A stretch of DNA of 64,000 bases from Candidatus Bathyarchaeia archaeon (GCA_035529595.1 DATKWK010000023.1:78517-142516); one strand, 5' to 3'; shown: positions 37,960-48,237, counted from the stretch's first letter. The notes: generated by a model from the letters alone, not told the origin. Program-made: numbers and translations.

Positions 37960-40204
37960 AGGCGGTCTCAGAAAACGTTGTTTTCTGGTTAAAGAAGGCC
38001 GTGAGAAACTGGTTTATTCACTTTGGCCCACGGACAGTTTGTCCGAAGAAAAAATTAAGCAGACGATTAAATGGGAGCTGATGGCAAGGGCGAGGGGTGT
38101 ACCGGCTAGGCATTGGCAGAAGCTAGACGGATCTTGGCTTAAAAAAATAAGATTTGAGAGGAAAATATATTGGTTAGGCATTGGGAATTACCTTCCGGGG
38201 CAAATATATTATGATTTAGCGCCGGGACAACTTTACGCTGCCGGTCGAAAGTTAGCTTTTCTTCATCAGTCTTTCCGCCGCTTAAATAATAAAACACTTC
38301 TCCATTTAGATTTTGCTCGGGGCAATTTGCTTTTTAATAAAAAAAAAGAAGTCGCCGGTATTTTAGATTTTGAAGAAGCCGGCTGGGGGATAGTCGAGAA
38401 AGATTTAGCTTGCAGTCTTTCTTTTTTCGTTGTTGATAACGGGCAATTGGCAGATAATCAAATTTGGGGAAATTTTTTAAAGGGCTATACTGATGGAGGT
38501 GGCGATTTTAATTATGATAAGATAAAAAGATTCTATTTTCATTATTTAAAAGTGAGAGCAGAGGAAAACAATCAGAAAGCCTTTTTGTTGCTGGCTCGTG
38601 AGCGCCTAAGGAAAATTCAAGAGCGAATTAAAGCTAAACTGCTGAAAAAAACTGACCTAGAACAGTTTTTGAAAAAACATCAGGACAAGAGAATAGTTTT
38701 TTTAGTGGGAGCGTTTGAGCTGCTTCATTGGGGACACCTTAAATTCTTGAAAAAAGCTAAATCTTTAGGAGATACTCTGGTAGTTGGAGTTGCTTCTGAC
38801 CAGTCAAGGCGGCGCCTCAAAGGAGAACCCTATCCTCTTATCAGTGAACGGACGCGAGCAGAAACATTGGCCTATTTTGACAGTGTCGATGCGGTGGTAA
38901 TAGTGACTGAGGATTCGGTAAGGAAAGAACTCCAATATCTAAAACCAAAGATTTTCTATGCGATTGCTGACGATTGGAAACAGGGAATTAGAAAAATGGA
39001 GGAAGCGGAATCCGTCAGAAGCTGGGGTGGAAAAGTTATCAAGACTCTTTATCTTTCCCCACGAATTTCTTCTTCTCAAATGACTGAAAAAGTCGCTCTT
39101 TTAAAAATAAAACAGGTTCTCTTTGGTAAAAAAATCCGTCAGCCAATGCTTAAACTGAGAAAAAATCGGCGAATTCCGAAAGAAGTCAAATTTCCAGACC
39201 TGGAAAAACTCGAAAAAAGACTGCATCAGCAAAATAAAACAATCGTTTTTGCGAGCTTAACAGCTGACCTTTTTCATTTAGGGCATGCTCGGTTTATTCA
39301 AAAAGCTAAAAGTTTAGCTGATTTTTTGGTAATTGGCGTTCCCAGCAATGAAAGCGTCACTGCCTTAAAAGGGCCTGGCCGGCCGATAATCGACGAGAGA
39401 GCGAGAGCACTGGTTTTATCAGAACTTAACTTTGTTAATAAAGTGGTTATATTTGATGAGCGGACGGTCTTTGGCTGTTTACAGAAACTCAAACCGGATG
39501 TTTTTTTTACAGTTAAGGAAGATTGGAATACCGGTTTGCTTAGCTCGCCTGAAGCACATCTGGTAAGATCTTATGGCGGTAAAATTGCCCGCTCTGAAAG
39601 GCAAGCGCCCTATCTCTCTGCTTCAAAAATGATTGACAAGGCGGCCGGAGAAATAATCCAAAAAAAGTTTTCCGCTTTAATTAAAACCGCGGCAGAAACG
39701 CCGATTCTTGATGCCGATGGTTTTGATCCTCATCATCCGCAAGTTCAGTTAGCAGCTAGGGAGAAAGGTTTTTATGATCAAGTTTTAGCTTCGGTAGCTA
39801 AAAGAGGTAAATGTGTTTTTTGTGACCTTAAAGAAAAATATATCATTGCTTCTCGGGATGGTATTGTTTTAACGGTAGCCCTTTTCCCCTATATTGACGG
39901 CCACCTTTTGGTTATTCCTCGCCGGCACCTATTGACTATTGACCAGCTTAACCCTGGAGAAATTAGCATGATTTTTGATATGGTGGGGAGAGGTAAAAAG
40001 ATTTTGAATCAAGGGTTGGGGATAGAAAATTATTGGATTATTCTTCGGGAAGGGAATGGCATTAAAGCTGGAAAGTCGGTTGATCATTTACATTTTCATC
40101 TGATTCCTTACAATTCGACTGTGGTTAAGATGGGCAATAAAAAGTTAACTTCAACGCCGCTTAAGATGGCTCAAACTTTAAAAAAACAATGGAAAAATAT
40201 TTAA
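37901..40204 (+). CDS. Four-domain fusion: choline/ethanolamine-kinase-like (APH fold) + tandem TagD/ECT-like cytidylyltransferase domains + C-terminal HIT domain
   Basis: Kinase-like: ...HLDFARGNLLFNKKKEVAGILDFEEAGWGIVEKDLA (Brenner/APH motif region). CT domain 1: VFLVGAFELLHWGHLKFLKKAK...ADDWK...RISSSQM (HxGH, RTEGISTT-like). CT domain 2: IVFASLTADLFHLGHARFIQKAK...KEDWN...LSASKM. HIT: DHLHFHLIP (HxHxHxx). Confidence 0.65.
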   Translation: MRHDMSFTWQEQISKGIPLEGGLRKRCFLVKEGREKLVYSLWPTDSLSEEKIKQTIKWELMARARGVPARHWQKLDGSWLKKIRFERKIYWLGIGNYLPGQIYYDLAPGQLYAAGRKLAFLHQSFRRLNNKTLLHLDFARGNLLFNKKKEVAGILDFEEAGWGIVEKDLACSLSFFVVDNGQLADNQIWGNFLKGYTDGGGDFNYDKIKRFYFHYLKVRAEENNQKAFLLLARERLRKIQERIKAKLLKKTDLEQFLKKHQDKRIVFLVGAFELLHWGHLKFLKKAKSLGDTLVVGVASDQSRRRLKGEPYPLISERTRAETLAYFDSVDAVVIVTEDSVRKELQYLKPKIFYAIADDWKQGIRKMEEAESVRSWGGKVIKTLYLSPRISSSQMTEKVALLKIKQVLFGKKIRQPMLKLRKNRRIPKEVKFPDLEKLEKRLHQQNKTIVFASLTADLFHLGHARFIQKAKSLADFLVIGVPSNESVTALKGPGRPIIDERARALVLSELNFVNKVVIFDERTVFGCLQKLKPDVFFTVKEDWNTGLLSSPEAHLVRSYGGKIARSERQAPYLSASKMIDKAAGEIIQKKFSALIKTAAETPILDADGFDPHHPQVQLAAREKGFYDQVLASVAKRGKCVFCDLKEKYIIASRDGIVLTVALFPYIDGHLLVIPRRHLLTIDQLNPGEISMIFDMVGRGKKILNQGLGIENYWIILREGNGIKAGKSVDHLHFHLIPYNSTVVKMGNKKLTSTPLKMAQTLKKQWKNI

Positions 40205-40662
40205 GATTAGCTATAAATGAGGCAGAGAAATCCGGTTGCCGCCGAGCTAAACGGGGTGCCGTGATTATCAAGAATGGTCAAATAGTAAGTCGAGCCCATA
40301 ACCTGGTTTTTCCCAAAAACAGCTTTTGCGAGAAACGCGGTTGCCTGCGGGACAAGTTACGTTTGGGTTTAGGTCAAAATCTTGAACGCTGCCGCTCAAT
40401 TCATGCTGAAGCTTTGGCAATTTGCCGGGCGGCCAGCAAAGGAATTTCTTTGTCTAAAACAGAAATCTTTATGACCGGCCAGCCGTGTATCAACTGCGCT
40501 AAGTTAATCTATGCTTCGGGGGTCAAAAAAGTTTATTATCTTGATGTTTACGGAGATCGAACCGGGGCTATCTTCTTAAACAAAATGGGCGTCTTATGCC
40601 AACGTACCGGAATAGAAAATGATCAGCCTAAAAGGAGAATCAGGGATATTACCAGCCAATAA
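40189..40662 (+). CDS. dCMP deaminase (ComEB-like cytidine/deoxycytidylate deaminase zinc-binding)
   Basis: HAEALAI (HAE) ... TGQPCINCAKLI (PCxxC). Confidence 0.8.
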   Translation: MEKYLRLAINEAEKSGCRRAKRGAVIIKNGQIVSRAHNLVFPKNSFCEKRGCLRDKLRLGLGQNLERCRSIHAEALAICRAASKGISLSKTEIFMTGQPCINCAKLIYASGVKKVYYLDVYGDRTGAIFLNKMGVLCQRTGIENDQPKRRIRDITSQ

Positions 40663-40689
40663 GATCACTTTTAGTCTGGAAAAGATTCT

Positions 40690-42126
40690 ATGAAAAAGAA
40701 ATGGCCGGCTTATTTCAACGAGAGACTTTGGTTGGTTAACCCCAGTCAGGGATATATCGGTATTGTTACCTGCTGGACCGCAAAAGAACAGGTTGCTCCC
40801 CGAATGCCCAGCCAAGTAGCTTTAGTCGGCCAGCTTTATACCAAAGCCGGGATCGAGTTTATCATCCGTAATCTTTGGGCAAATCCGCAAATTTCCTCTC
40901 TGGTAGTTTGCGGCCAGGACTTAACCGGAAGCGGGCAGGCTTTAGTTGAATTTTTTGAAAGAGGGACTATCGATAACCAAAGACCATTTTTTGAAGAGCA
41001 GATACCCAGGAGAGATCTCGTTCTTATCCGGAAAAAAGTCGGCTTGGTTTCTCTCTTGGGCGAGGTAGATCCTGACTTAATTGCGCGAAAAGTTGCTGGC
41101 TTGAAATTTTCTCCTCCTTTTGCTTCCCGGCCTAAATTTTTTCCGCAGTCTCAATTGATGGAGGCCTTTCCTTCCGAGCCTTCGCTGTTTCGGGTTGAAG
41201 CCAAAACAATCGGTGAAGCTTGGCTGCAAATTTTGGGATTGATTTTGAAATTCGGCCGCCGACTTCCGAGGATCTATGTTTACGGAGGCTATGAAAGGGT
41301 TCTCCTAAATTTATCGGTCTTAATAACTGATGAGGATATAAAAAAACCTAAATTATGGCCCTATTTTCAGTTTAATAAGGAACAGCTGAAAACGTATTTC
41401 CGGAGTTTCTTCTCTCCTGAGCGTGGTGGTGAGGCCTATACCTATGGGGAACGACTATTTGCTTATCCGTCAGAGGGGAATGTTGTTGACCAAGTGACTA
41501 AGATGGCTAACAAATTAAAAAGCTTTCCCTATAATAAGGGGGCGTTAGCGGTTCTTTGGCAACCGGCTATCGATAATTTTCCGATCCGTAAGCCCTGGCG
41601 AACACCATGTTTGACTTTAGTCCAGGGGATATGCCTGGGTGATGAACTCTGTTTGACGGCTTTTTTTCGTGCCAATGATATGTTTGCCGCCTGGCCTCAA
41701 AACTGCTTTGCTTTAAGGAAACTGCAAACAGAGATTGCCAAAAAAATCGGCAAAAAAATCGGCGCTTTGACGACGATATCTCATACTGCCTTTATTGATG
41801 AGGCTGATTTGCCTAAAGCACAAAAGGTTATTAATGACAACCAGCCGTTGTTCTGCCAATTAGATCCGCGGGGAAATATAGCGGTTACGGTTGAAGGGAA
41901 AATTATCGTTAGCCGTCATTTTTCGCCGGAAGGAAAACTCTTAGCAGAATACCGCCAGAATGGTTTGGTACCGAAGGCAGCCTTGAAATTGGAACGAAAG
42001 CTTATCTCAAGCCAGGTTATTTCCAGAGTTGACCATGCCCTGGATATCGGCGAACACCTGGGCCGGGCCGAGGATGCCGTTAAGTTAGGATTAAAGTTTG
42101 AACAAGATCGGCAACTAAAGAAATAA
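40690..42126 (+). CDS. Thymidylate synthase (ThyA)-family enzyme with about 170-aa N-terminal extension and C-terminal tail (478 aa); dUMP-utilising methylase or hydroxymethylase
   Basis: ThyA-like blocks: YGERL (cf. YGxQWR), VDQVTKMANKLKSFP...ALAVLWQP (cf. IDQ..LK.DP.SRR..SAWNP), PCLTLVQ (catalytic Cys in the PCH context), FRANDMFAAWPQN (cf. YQRSxDxxLGxPFN; Asn retained), SHTAFI (cf. GDxHxY). The phosphate-binding RR pair appears replaced (NK). Confidence 0.6.
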   Translation: MKKKWPAYFNERLWLVNPSQGYIGIVTCWTAKEQVAPRMPSQVALVGQLYTKAGIEFIIRNLWANPQISSLVVCGQDLTGSGQALVEFFERGTIDNQRPFFEEQIPRRDLVLIRKKVGLVSLLGEVDPDLIARKVAGLKFSPPFASRPKFFPQSQLMEAFPSEPSLFRVEAKTIGEAWLQILGLILKFGRRLPRIYVYGGYERVLLNLSVLITDEDIKKPKLWPYFQFNKEQLKTYFRSFFSPERGGEAYTYGERLFAYPSEGNVVDQVTKMANKLKSFPYNKGALAVLWQPAIDNFPIRKPWRTPCLTLVQGICLGDELCLTAFFRANDMFAAWPQNCFALRKLQTEIAKKIGKKIGALTTISHTAFIDEADLPKAQKVINDNQPLFCQLDPRGNIAVTVEGKIIVSRHFSPEGKLLAEYRQNGLVPKAALKLERKLISSQVISRVDHALDIGEHLGRAEDAVKLGLKFEQDRQLKK

Positions 42127-42299
42127 TCAACCAAAAAACAATAATCTGGTTATTTGCCAGTTGACGGGTTTTTAGTATAATGCTCTTGATTAAGTGGGTC
42201 TTACTCCTTTTTCTCCTGCCCGGAAAAGAAGAATAACAGGATTTTAAACAGTAAATCTAGTCGTTTTAATTTAAATAATTCCTTTTCGCGTCGGCTAAA

Positions 42300-43385
42300 A
42301 TGAATATTGTTGAAGTTTTAAGAAAACCGGAATTAACAACCGGTGGTGTTTATCGGTTAGAAGCTGGCATCTTGCCTGATCCAGTTCAAGTTCAAATTTT
42401 AGCTGATATTGAAACTTTCACTAATTCAAGATTTAATTGGCAGGAATTTGTTCAAGAAGCCGGAGAGAGATGGGCAGATTACATTCCTGTGGGGGATAGA
42501 TTTCGTACCGATCGGCCGACTGATACGGAGCTTGAAGAGATTACCTGGAGCCATTTGGTAAGCGGAGTCTATTCTAATCAACAAGCCACAATTGAGGTAA
42601 TAAAGAAAGCTTGGGATGTTCAAGCCGGTCATGAAACCGGTAGCCTAAGTCTAGGTCGCCATTTAGTAGTGATTGGATTAATGGGAACCGGAAAAACAGA
42701 GTTGGCTAAAGCCTTGCACGGCGGAAATCCTTTTTATTCAAAACTCTTGCTGGAACAATGGGAAGATAATAGTAGTCTTGCCTATTTCTATGATTTATTA
42801 GAGACATATTTAGATCCGCTTTGCGCTCAAGCCCCGGATTTCCAGGATTTAAATAGCTTATTAACTAATGTCCAAGGATCAGCTCAGGGCCATTTTGCCG
42901 CCTGTAAATTTATTCAAACATTAAATGGGATGTCTGATTTAGGTAATGGTTTTGATTTAGTTCAGGATACCAACTTGAGTGTTACTGATATGGTTTTTTT
43001 TAATAGCCAGGCGATGTTGAGATTAGCCAGTCAAGAAAACATAGAGGCTTATAAAAGAGACAATGCCTATCGGCAAAGATTGACTCCTCCCTATCTGCGG
43101 TTAGGGCATGACCGATCAATGATGGTTTACCTTTGGGCGCCACTGTCGGAAATTAGAGCCAGAATTGTTCATACTAGAGGCCGGGAAATCGAACGGCAGA
43201 TCCCTTGGGGATATCTTGAACTCTTATACTTAAATACCCTTCAATGCGTATTAGCAATGAGTCAGGCCGGAGCGCCGGTTTTAGTCGTCGATGCCCGGGC
43301 CGATTTTCGGTCGTTCAGAAGCGACCGGTCACTTATAGTCCGTGATATTTGGGAAAAAATGGGTGGTATCAGGGGCCAATCTTAG
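42300..43385 (+). CDS. Deoxynucleoside-kinase (dNK/dCK/dGK) family P-loop kinase with about 130-aa N-terminal extension
   Basis: P-loop VVIGLMGTGKTELAKAL; DRS motif (cf. ERS); Arg-rich lid IRARIVHTRGREIERQIPWGYLELL (cf. dCK RIYLRGRNEEQGIPLEYLEKL). Confidence 0.6.
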   Translation: MNIVEVLRKPELTTGGVYRLEAGILPDPVQVQILADIETFTNSRFNWQEFVQEAGERWADYIPVGDRFRTDRPTDTELEEITWSHLVSGVYSNQQATIEVIKKAWDVQAGHETGSLSLGRHLVVIGLMGTGKTELAKALHGGNPFYSKLLLEQWEDNSSLAYFYDLLETYLDPLCAQAPDFQDLNSLLTNVQGSAQGHFAACKFIQTLNGMSDLGNGFDLVQDTNLSVTDMVFFNSQAMLRLASQENIEAYKRDNAYRQRLTPPYLRLGHDRSMMVYLWAPLSEIRARIVHTRGREIERQIPWGYLELLYLNTLQCVLAMSQAGAPVLVVDARADFRSFRSDRSLIVRDIWEKMGGIRGQS

Positions 43386-43484
43386 TTTTTTTAATAATGC
43401 TGATTATAAATTCTTTAGGAAAATGATAAAATAGCTCCTAAAGGAAGATTTTGTTCCGGAAGCAGTATTTTAGATATCACCTTA

Positions 43485-44801
43485 ATGATTGATAAGGAAG
43501 TTTTTGATCTTATTCGTAAGGAAGAGAAGCGCCAAGAAGAGGGCTTGGAGCTGATTCCCTCTGAAAATTATGTCTCCAAAGAAGTCCGGCAAGCCTTGGG
43601 CTGCATTTTGACTAACAAATACTCCGAGGGTTATCCGCGCAAGCGCTATTATGGCGGTAACGAAGTTGTTGACGAAATCGAAAGCTTAGCTATAAAACGG
43701 GCTAAAAGACTTTTCAAAGTGCCCCACGTTAATGTTCAGCCCTATTCCGGATCGCCGGCTAACTGGGCGGTTCATGGTGCTCTTTGCCAACCGGGAGACA
43801 TAATTCTTTCACAACATCTCTCCCACGGCGGCCATCTCAGCATGGGCCAGGAAGCTAATCTTTCATCAAAATTTTTCCATGCTTATTATTATCATTTAAC
43901 TGCTGACGGCAGTGTTGATTTTAAGGAGTTGGAGAGTCTGGCCAAAAAAATTAAGCCCAAAGTTATTTGGTCTGGCGGAACTGCCTATACTATAAAGTTT
44001 AACTTCTTAAAATACGCCCAGATAGCCGATCAGGTAGGTGCTTATTTTGTGGCCGATATTGCTCATATTGCCGGTTTAATCATCGGCGGTATTCACCCCA
44101 GCCCGGTTCGTTATGCTCATCTGGTGACCACTACTACCCATAAAACCCTGCGCGGTCCGCGGGGAGGGATGATTATGGTGACCAAAAAAGGTTTGAAAAC
44201 TGATCCTGATTTAGCACGAAAAATTGACCGGGCGGTTTTTCCCGGCCTCCAAGGTGGGCCCCACGACAATCAGATAGCTGCTTTAGCCATTGCCCTAAAG
44301 GAGGCGTCGACTGTTAAATTCAAGGAATACACGCGGCAGGTTGTTGTTAATGCCCGAGCATTAGCGCGGATTCTCAAGAGAGCTGACTTAAAGTTAATTG
44401 GAAACGGTACCGAAAACCACATGATTTGGGTCGATTTAACCGATCAAGGAATTGATGGTTGGCAAGTTCAAGTTGCCTTAGACGTTCTCGGAATCTCAAT
44501 CAATCGCCAGACGATTCCTTTTGATCTGCGTCCGGCTTATTACCCAAGCGGTATCCGACTGGGTACGCCGGCAGTGACTACCCGGGGAATGAAAGAGGCG
44601 CAAATGAGACTGATCGGCGATTGGATTATCCAGGTAATTAATATTGTCCGAGAGATTAAATGCGTGGGGTTGGGAAGCTCCGACCGGGAGGAAGACCAGG
44701 CGGCGCGGAAAGAATTTAAGGAAAAAATTAAATTGCATCCCCATCTTCGGCATCTGCAAAAAGAAGTCAAGTCTTTTTGTTTAAACTTCCCGATTCCTTA
44801 A
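43485..44801 (+). CDS. glyA: Serine hydroxymethyltransferase
   Basis: LELIPSENYVSKEV..., TTTTHKTLRGPRGGMI (PLP-Lys region). Confidence 0.9.
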   Translation: MIDKEVFDLIRKEEKRQEEGLELIPSENYVSKEVRQALGCILTNKYSEGYPRKRYYGGNEVVDEIESLAIKRAKRLFKVPHVNVQPYSGSPANWAVHGALCQPGDIILSQHLSHGGHLSMGQEANLSSKFFHAYYYHLTADGSVDFKELESLAKKIKPKVIWSGGTAYTIKFNFLKYAQIADQVGAYFVADIAHIAGLIIGGIHPSPVRYAHLVTTTTHKTLRGPRGGMIMVTKKGLKTDPDLARKIDRAVFPGLQGGPHDNQIAALAIALKEASTVKFKEYTRQVVVNARALARILKRADLKLIGNGTENHMIWVDLTDQGIDGWQVQVALDVLGISINRQTIPFDLRPAYYPSGIRLGTPAVTTRGMKEAQMRLIGDWIIQVINIVREIKCVGLGSSDREEDQAARKEFKEKIKLHPHLRHLQKEVKSFCLNFPIP

Positions 44802-44809
44802 ACAATCCT

Positions 44810-45664
44810 ATGGTATATATTTTTGACGGTAAAAAAGAAGCCGGGGAAATTAAAGCTTCTTTAAAAAAGAAGATTTTTAAGCTTAAAAAAAAGCCGGTTT
44901 TGGAACTGGTTCTGGTCGGCGATGATTCGGTTAATGAGAGTTACTTAACACAACTGCAAAAAATAGCCCTAGAGTTAGAAGTTAGGCTTTCTATTCATCG
45001 ATTTGGAAACTGTGTCAGGTGGGAAAAAATGGCAGAATATTTTACCAGGAAAAATAATAATGAAGAGATTAAGGGGATTTTGGTCCAAATTTCACCCAGT
45101 TGTTCTCTTTTTAGTAAACGGGAGGAGGTTATTAATCTGCTAAAGCCGGAGAAAGACAGCGACTTTTTGGGAGAAATTTTTTTCAAGGATAAAAATCGTC
45201 TCCCCTCAGTTTGTCAGGCGGTACTTATTGCGATTAATAAGGCCAGTGAGGTTTTAAGCTTTCATTCGCAATGGGTAAATACTTTAGTTATCGGTAATCA
45301 GGGTTTTTGGGGCAGAAGAATTCAGCAAACACTAATTAATCAAGGATTTGAAAACGTTGCCGGTATTGACAAAGAGACAATCGATCTTAAACTTGCTTGT
45401 ACTGAAGCTGATATTATTATTTCCTGTACCGGTCAGCCGGGATTAATTAAGAGACCAATGGTCAAAAAAGGAGCGGTGGTTATTGATGTTGGTGTTTCTA
45501 TTCCGGAGCACCGGTATAATTCCGGTCCCAGAGCGGATCGGGTAATTGGAGATGTTGACTTTAGATCAGTTTCACGGGTGGCCGGCTTTATCACCCCTGT
45601 CCCCGGCGGCATCGGGCCATTGAGTACGATTTTGGCGTTTAAGAATTTAGTGGGAAGAAATTAA
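44810..45664 (+). CDS. folD: Bifunctional 5,10-methylene-THF dehydrogenase/cyclohydrolase
   Basis: N-terminal ...LVLVGDDSVNESYL...; C-terminal ADIIISCTGQPGLIK...GAVVIDVGV...GDVDF...ITPVPGGIGPLSTILAFKN. Start set at the MVYIFDG ATG just after the glyA stop. Confidence 0.8.
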   Translation: MVYIFDGKKEAGEIKASLKKKIFKLKKKPVLELVLVGDDSVNESYLTQLQKIALELEVRLSIHRFGNCVRWEKMAEYFTRKNNNEEIKGILVQISPSCSLFSKREEVINLLKPEKDSDFLGEIFFKDKNRLPSVCQAVLIAINKASEVLSFHSQWVNTLVIGNQGFWGRRIQQTLINQGFENVAGIDKETIDLKLACTEADIIISCTGQPGLIKRPMVKKGAVVIDVGVSIPEHRYNSGPRADRVIGDVDFRSVSRVAGFITPVPGGIGPLSTILAFKNLVGRN

Positions 45665-45761
45665 GTTAAAATAAAGCGAATTTAAACTCCTGCCCTGTCT
45701 ATAATTATAGAAAGAAATACCTTTTTTATAAAATTTTAAAGAAGAAGACATAATTACCGGG

Positions 45762-46253
45762 ATGGTAGAGAGAGATAATGGAGAGACAGAAGCAGTAGTT
45801 GGGAGAAGGGTTCGTTTGGCTGAAGATATATTTTGGGCTTGGGCACAAAGTGATCTTTACGGTGAGACTGTGTATCTGACCTTAACTGACGGACAGCGTC
45901 TCGCCCTTGATATTGAATATGGTCTTTGGGAGGACATACTGGATGATGTTTTGGATTGGGAAAGAGAAGAAGATGATGAAGATGAGTGGAAAACACTTGC
46001 TGAACGGGAAGGAATTGAAGCTAAATTACACGAGTTGGGTTTGAATAAAGATTTTTATTTTTTTTTCATTATTAGTGATCCGACGAGAGAGGAAGGAGAA
46101 GTTGGTCATTGTTTTGGCATTTATTCTGATCGGCAAACGGTTGGGGTTTTAAAAAGATTAGAAAAAAAATATGATTATTGTTTTGGAATCGATAAAGTGA
46201 TTCCTCGTGATATAGTAGATGCCTTTTGGCAAGCTTTAGCTAGCGCTGACTAG
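45762..46253 (+). CDS. Acidic hypothetical protein (163 aa), paralog of 47782-48237
   Basis: Shares LTLTDGQRLALDIEYGLWEDILDDVL / LALTDGRQLALEIGYVSWDDMLYSVL and C-terminal ...GIDKVIPRDIVDAFWQAL / ...GVDGVIPDEIALALEIAL blocks with the paralog. Confidence 0.5.
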   Translation: MVERDNGETEAVVGRRVRLAEDIFWAWAQSDLYGETVYLTLTDGQRLALDIEYGLWEDILDDVLDWEREEDDEDEWKTLAEREGIEAKLHELGLNKDFYFFFIISDPTREEGEVGHCFGIYSDRQTVGVLKRLEKKYDYCFGIDKVIPRDIVDAFWQALASAD

Positions 46254-46335
46254 AAAAATCTGCTCGAAAAAAAGTTGAATAGCCTTCATTAATTTAACCT
46301 GCCCAAAGAAAAAGTTAATAGTTTCTTAAATAAAC

Positions 46336-47745
46336 ATGCCAAGAAGTCTGGAGTTGCGTGATTTGTTTTGGCGGCAAGAATTTTTATATCCTAATGGAGA
46401 CTGCTTTGACTGGTTTGGAATAGGACCGTTAAGGCACAATGATGAGTCTGTTATAGCCGTTGAAACGCCTTTTGACACCGGAAGGCGATCAATCCTTGAT
46501 CTGCCGGTGGCGGCTGATTTGCATGCTTTACAAGAGGGATTAGATAGTTTTAAGCCAAGTCGGGAAGTATTAGGGAGGATAGCGAAACTTTACGGGCAGA
46601 TATTTGAACATTTAGAGAAAAACGGCCACGAAGTTCAACTAAAAACTGATTTATGTGCAAGATTATGGGATCTATACCATCAAATACATTACGAAGATTA
46701 TGCTTTTTCATACTCGGGCGCTCTTGGGTGTAGTACTTCTTATGCTTGGGGTTTAGTCCATGCTTGTGCTCAAAGGCGAGCCTTAATTAGATCAGCCGGT
46801 TTGAAAGACGATCAACTGGCAAAATTAGTCATTGATGAGTGGCTTCTTTACGAAAGACTTCATTTGCCTCCTTCAGCTGATGATGAAACTCAGGCTTGTG
46901 GAATTTTAGGCGGCCGAAGAGATAATTTAGCTCTTTGGCACCAAGCTTGGTTGCCGTCTATTTATTTTGACCAGACTTTAGGCCTTTATCGGGTTGAAGG
47001 ACTGAGTATTACTCAGGGTTTAATCGAAAGATGCTATCGAAATTTTCTGCCGATCCCCTGGATTGGTTTTGAAGGTCTTGACAAAAGCGGTAAAGATACC
47101 CAGGCTGATATTTTGGTGAAGTTTTTGGAGGATGTTTTAGGTTGGCAGGTTCTTCCTCAGAATTTTCCGACAAATTTAAAAATTGGACAGATGATTAAAG
47201 CGGCCTTAGGAGGCGAGATTACTTTTGATAACCGGGCGATGCAAAAACTATTTCAAGCTGATCGGGCTGATTGGCGCTGGCAGGCAGAAATGGGTAAAAT
47301 AACCGAAGGTCGAGCTTGTTTGGTCACCAAAAGACATTCGGCCTCCGGTATTGCTTATGGGGCTGAAGATTATGCCAGTTTACTAAGATATGTTGTTGAG
47401 CATTTCATGCTCGGCTGGGCCGATTTAACGATTTTTATTGATGTTCCTGAAGATGAATGTTTAAGAAGACTTAAAGGCCGGCCGGAAATGTACGAGAGGA
47501 GAGAAAAATTGGCAGGAGCAAGGACGAACTATTTGGCTCTTTTAGATATCTTACCGCATTTTGTCCGGCTTGAGGGGATGAATTCGGATGGTAGTCCGAA
47601 ATCGCCGGAGGTTATTTTCCGAGAAACAGTGGGAATCCTGGTTTCACAGATGCCTGCTGAGAAATTAACCCCAAAACAAAAAGAGAAAATAGTTGGTAGT
47701 CTTGATAGTTGGATTGCTGATAATAAAGACCGGTTCGTAGTTTAA
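46336..47745 (+). CDS. Two-domain protein: unknown N-terminal domain (about 250 aa) + C-terminal thymidylate-kinase-like domain with atypical P-loop (GLDKSGKD)
   Basis: IGFEGLDKSGKDTQADIL (cf. Tmk FEGIDGAGKTTQ) and downstream FQADRADW (cf. Tmk DR motif). Confidence 0.5.
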   Translation: MPRSLELRDLFWRQEFLYPNGDCFDWFGIGPLRHNDESVIAVETPFDTGRRSILDLPVAADLHALQEGLDSFKPSREVLGRIAKLYGQIFEHLEKNGHEVQLKTDLCARLWDLYHQIHYEDYAFSYSGALGCSTSYAWGLVHACAQRRALIRSAGLKDDQLAKLVIDEWLLYERLHLPPSADDETQACGILGGRRDNLALWHQAWLPSIYFDQTLGLYRVEGLSITQGLIERCYRNFLPIPWIGFEGLDKSGKDTQADILVKFLEDVLGWQVLPQNFPTNLKIGQMIKAALGGEITFDNRAMQKLFQADRADWRWQAEMGKITEGRACLVTKRHSASGIAYGAEDYASLLRYVVEHFMLGWADLTIFIDVPEDECLRRLKGRPEMYERREKLAGARTNYLALLDILPHFVRLEGMNSDGSPKSPEVIFRETVGILVSQMPAEKLTPKQKEKIVGSLDSWIADNKDRFVV

Positions 47746-47781
47746 TATTACTGTACTGATTAATATTTTTTATCATTATGG

Positions 47782-48237
47782 ATGATTTTTGAAAACGACC
47801 GGACAAATTATGATAAGTTGTCTACTGAAAGAAGAATACCCTTAGCCCAATACATGTTTCATATGTTAGCCCGAGATGGATTAACCGAAGAGATCTTTCC
47901 ATTAGCTTTAACTGACGGACGACAACTTGCTCTTGAGATTGGATATGTTAGTTGGGATGATATGCTGTATTCTGTTTTACAAGCGGGTGAGGAACGAGAT
48001 AGGCTTCTGATACAACTAGCTGAACTTGGTTTAGATCAACAATTTGTCTATTTAATTTTCGTGCAAGCTGCGCCAGAGGGAAGAGAACCACAGGAGGCAA
48101 CTTGTTACATCGATCGAGAAACCTTTAACGTTTTACATCCTTTTGAAAAAGAATATCAGTGGGATTTTGGAGTTGATGGGGTAATTCCTGATGAGATAGC
48201 TTTGGCTTTGGAAATAGCCTTGCAGTCCCGAATTTAA
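47782..48237 (+). CDS. Acidic hypothetical protein (151 aa), paralog of 45762-46253
   Basis: See paralog entry. Confidence 0.5.
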   Translation: MIFENDRTNYDKLSTERRIPLAQYMFHMLARDGLTEEIFPLALTDGRQLALEIGYVSWDDMLYSVLQAGEERDRLLIQLAELGLDQQFVYLIFVQAAPEGREPQEATCYIDRETFNVLHPFEKEYQWDFGVDGVIPDEIALALEIALQSRI

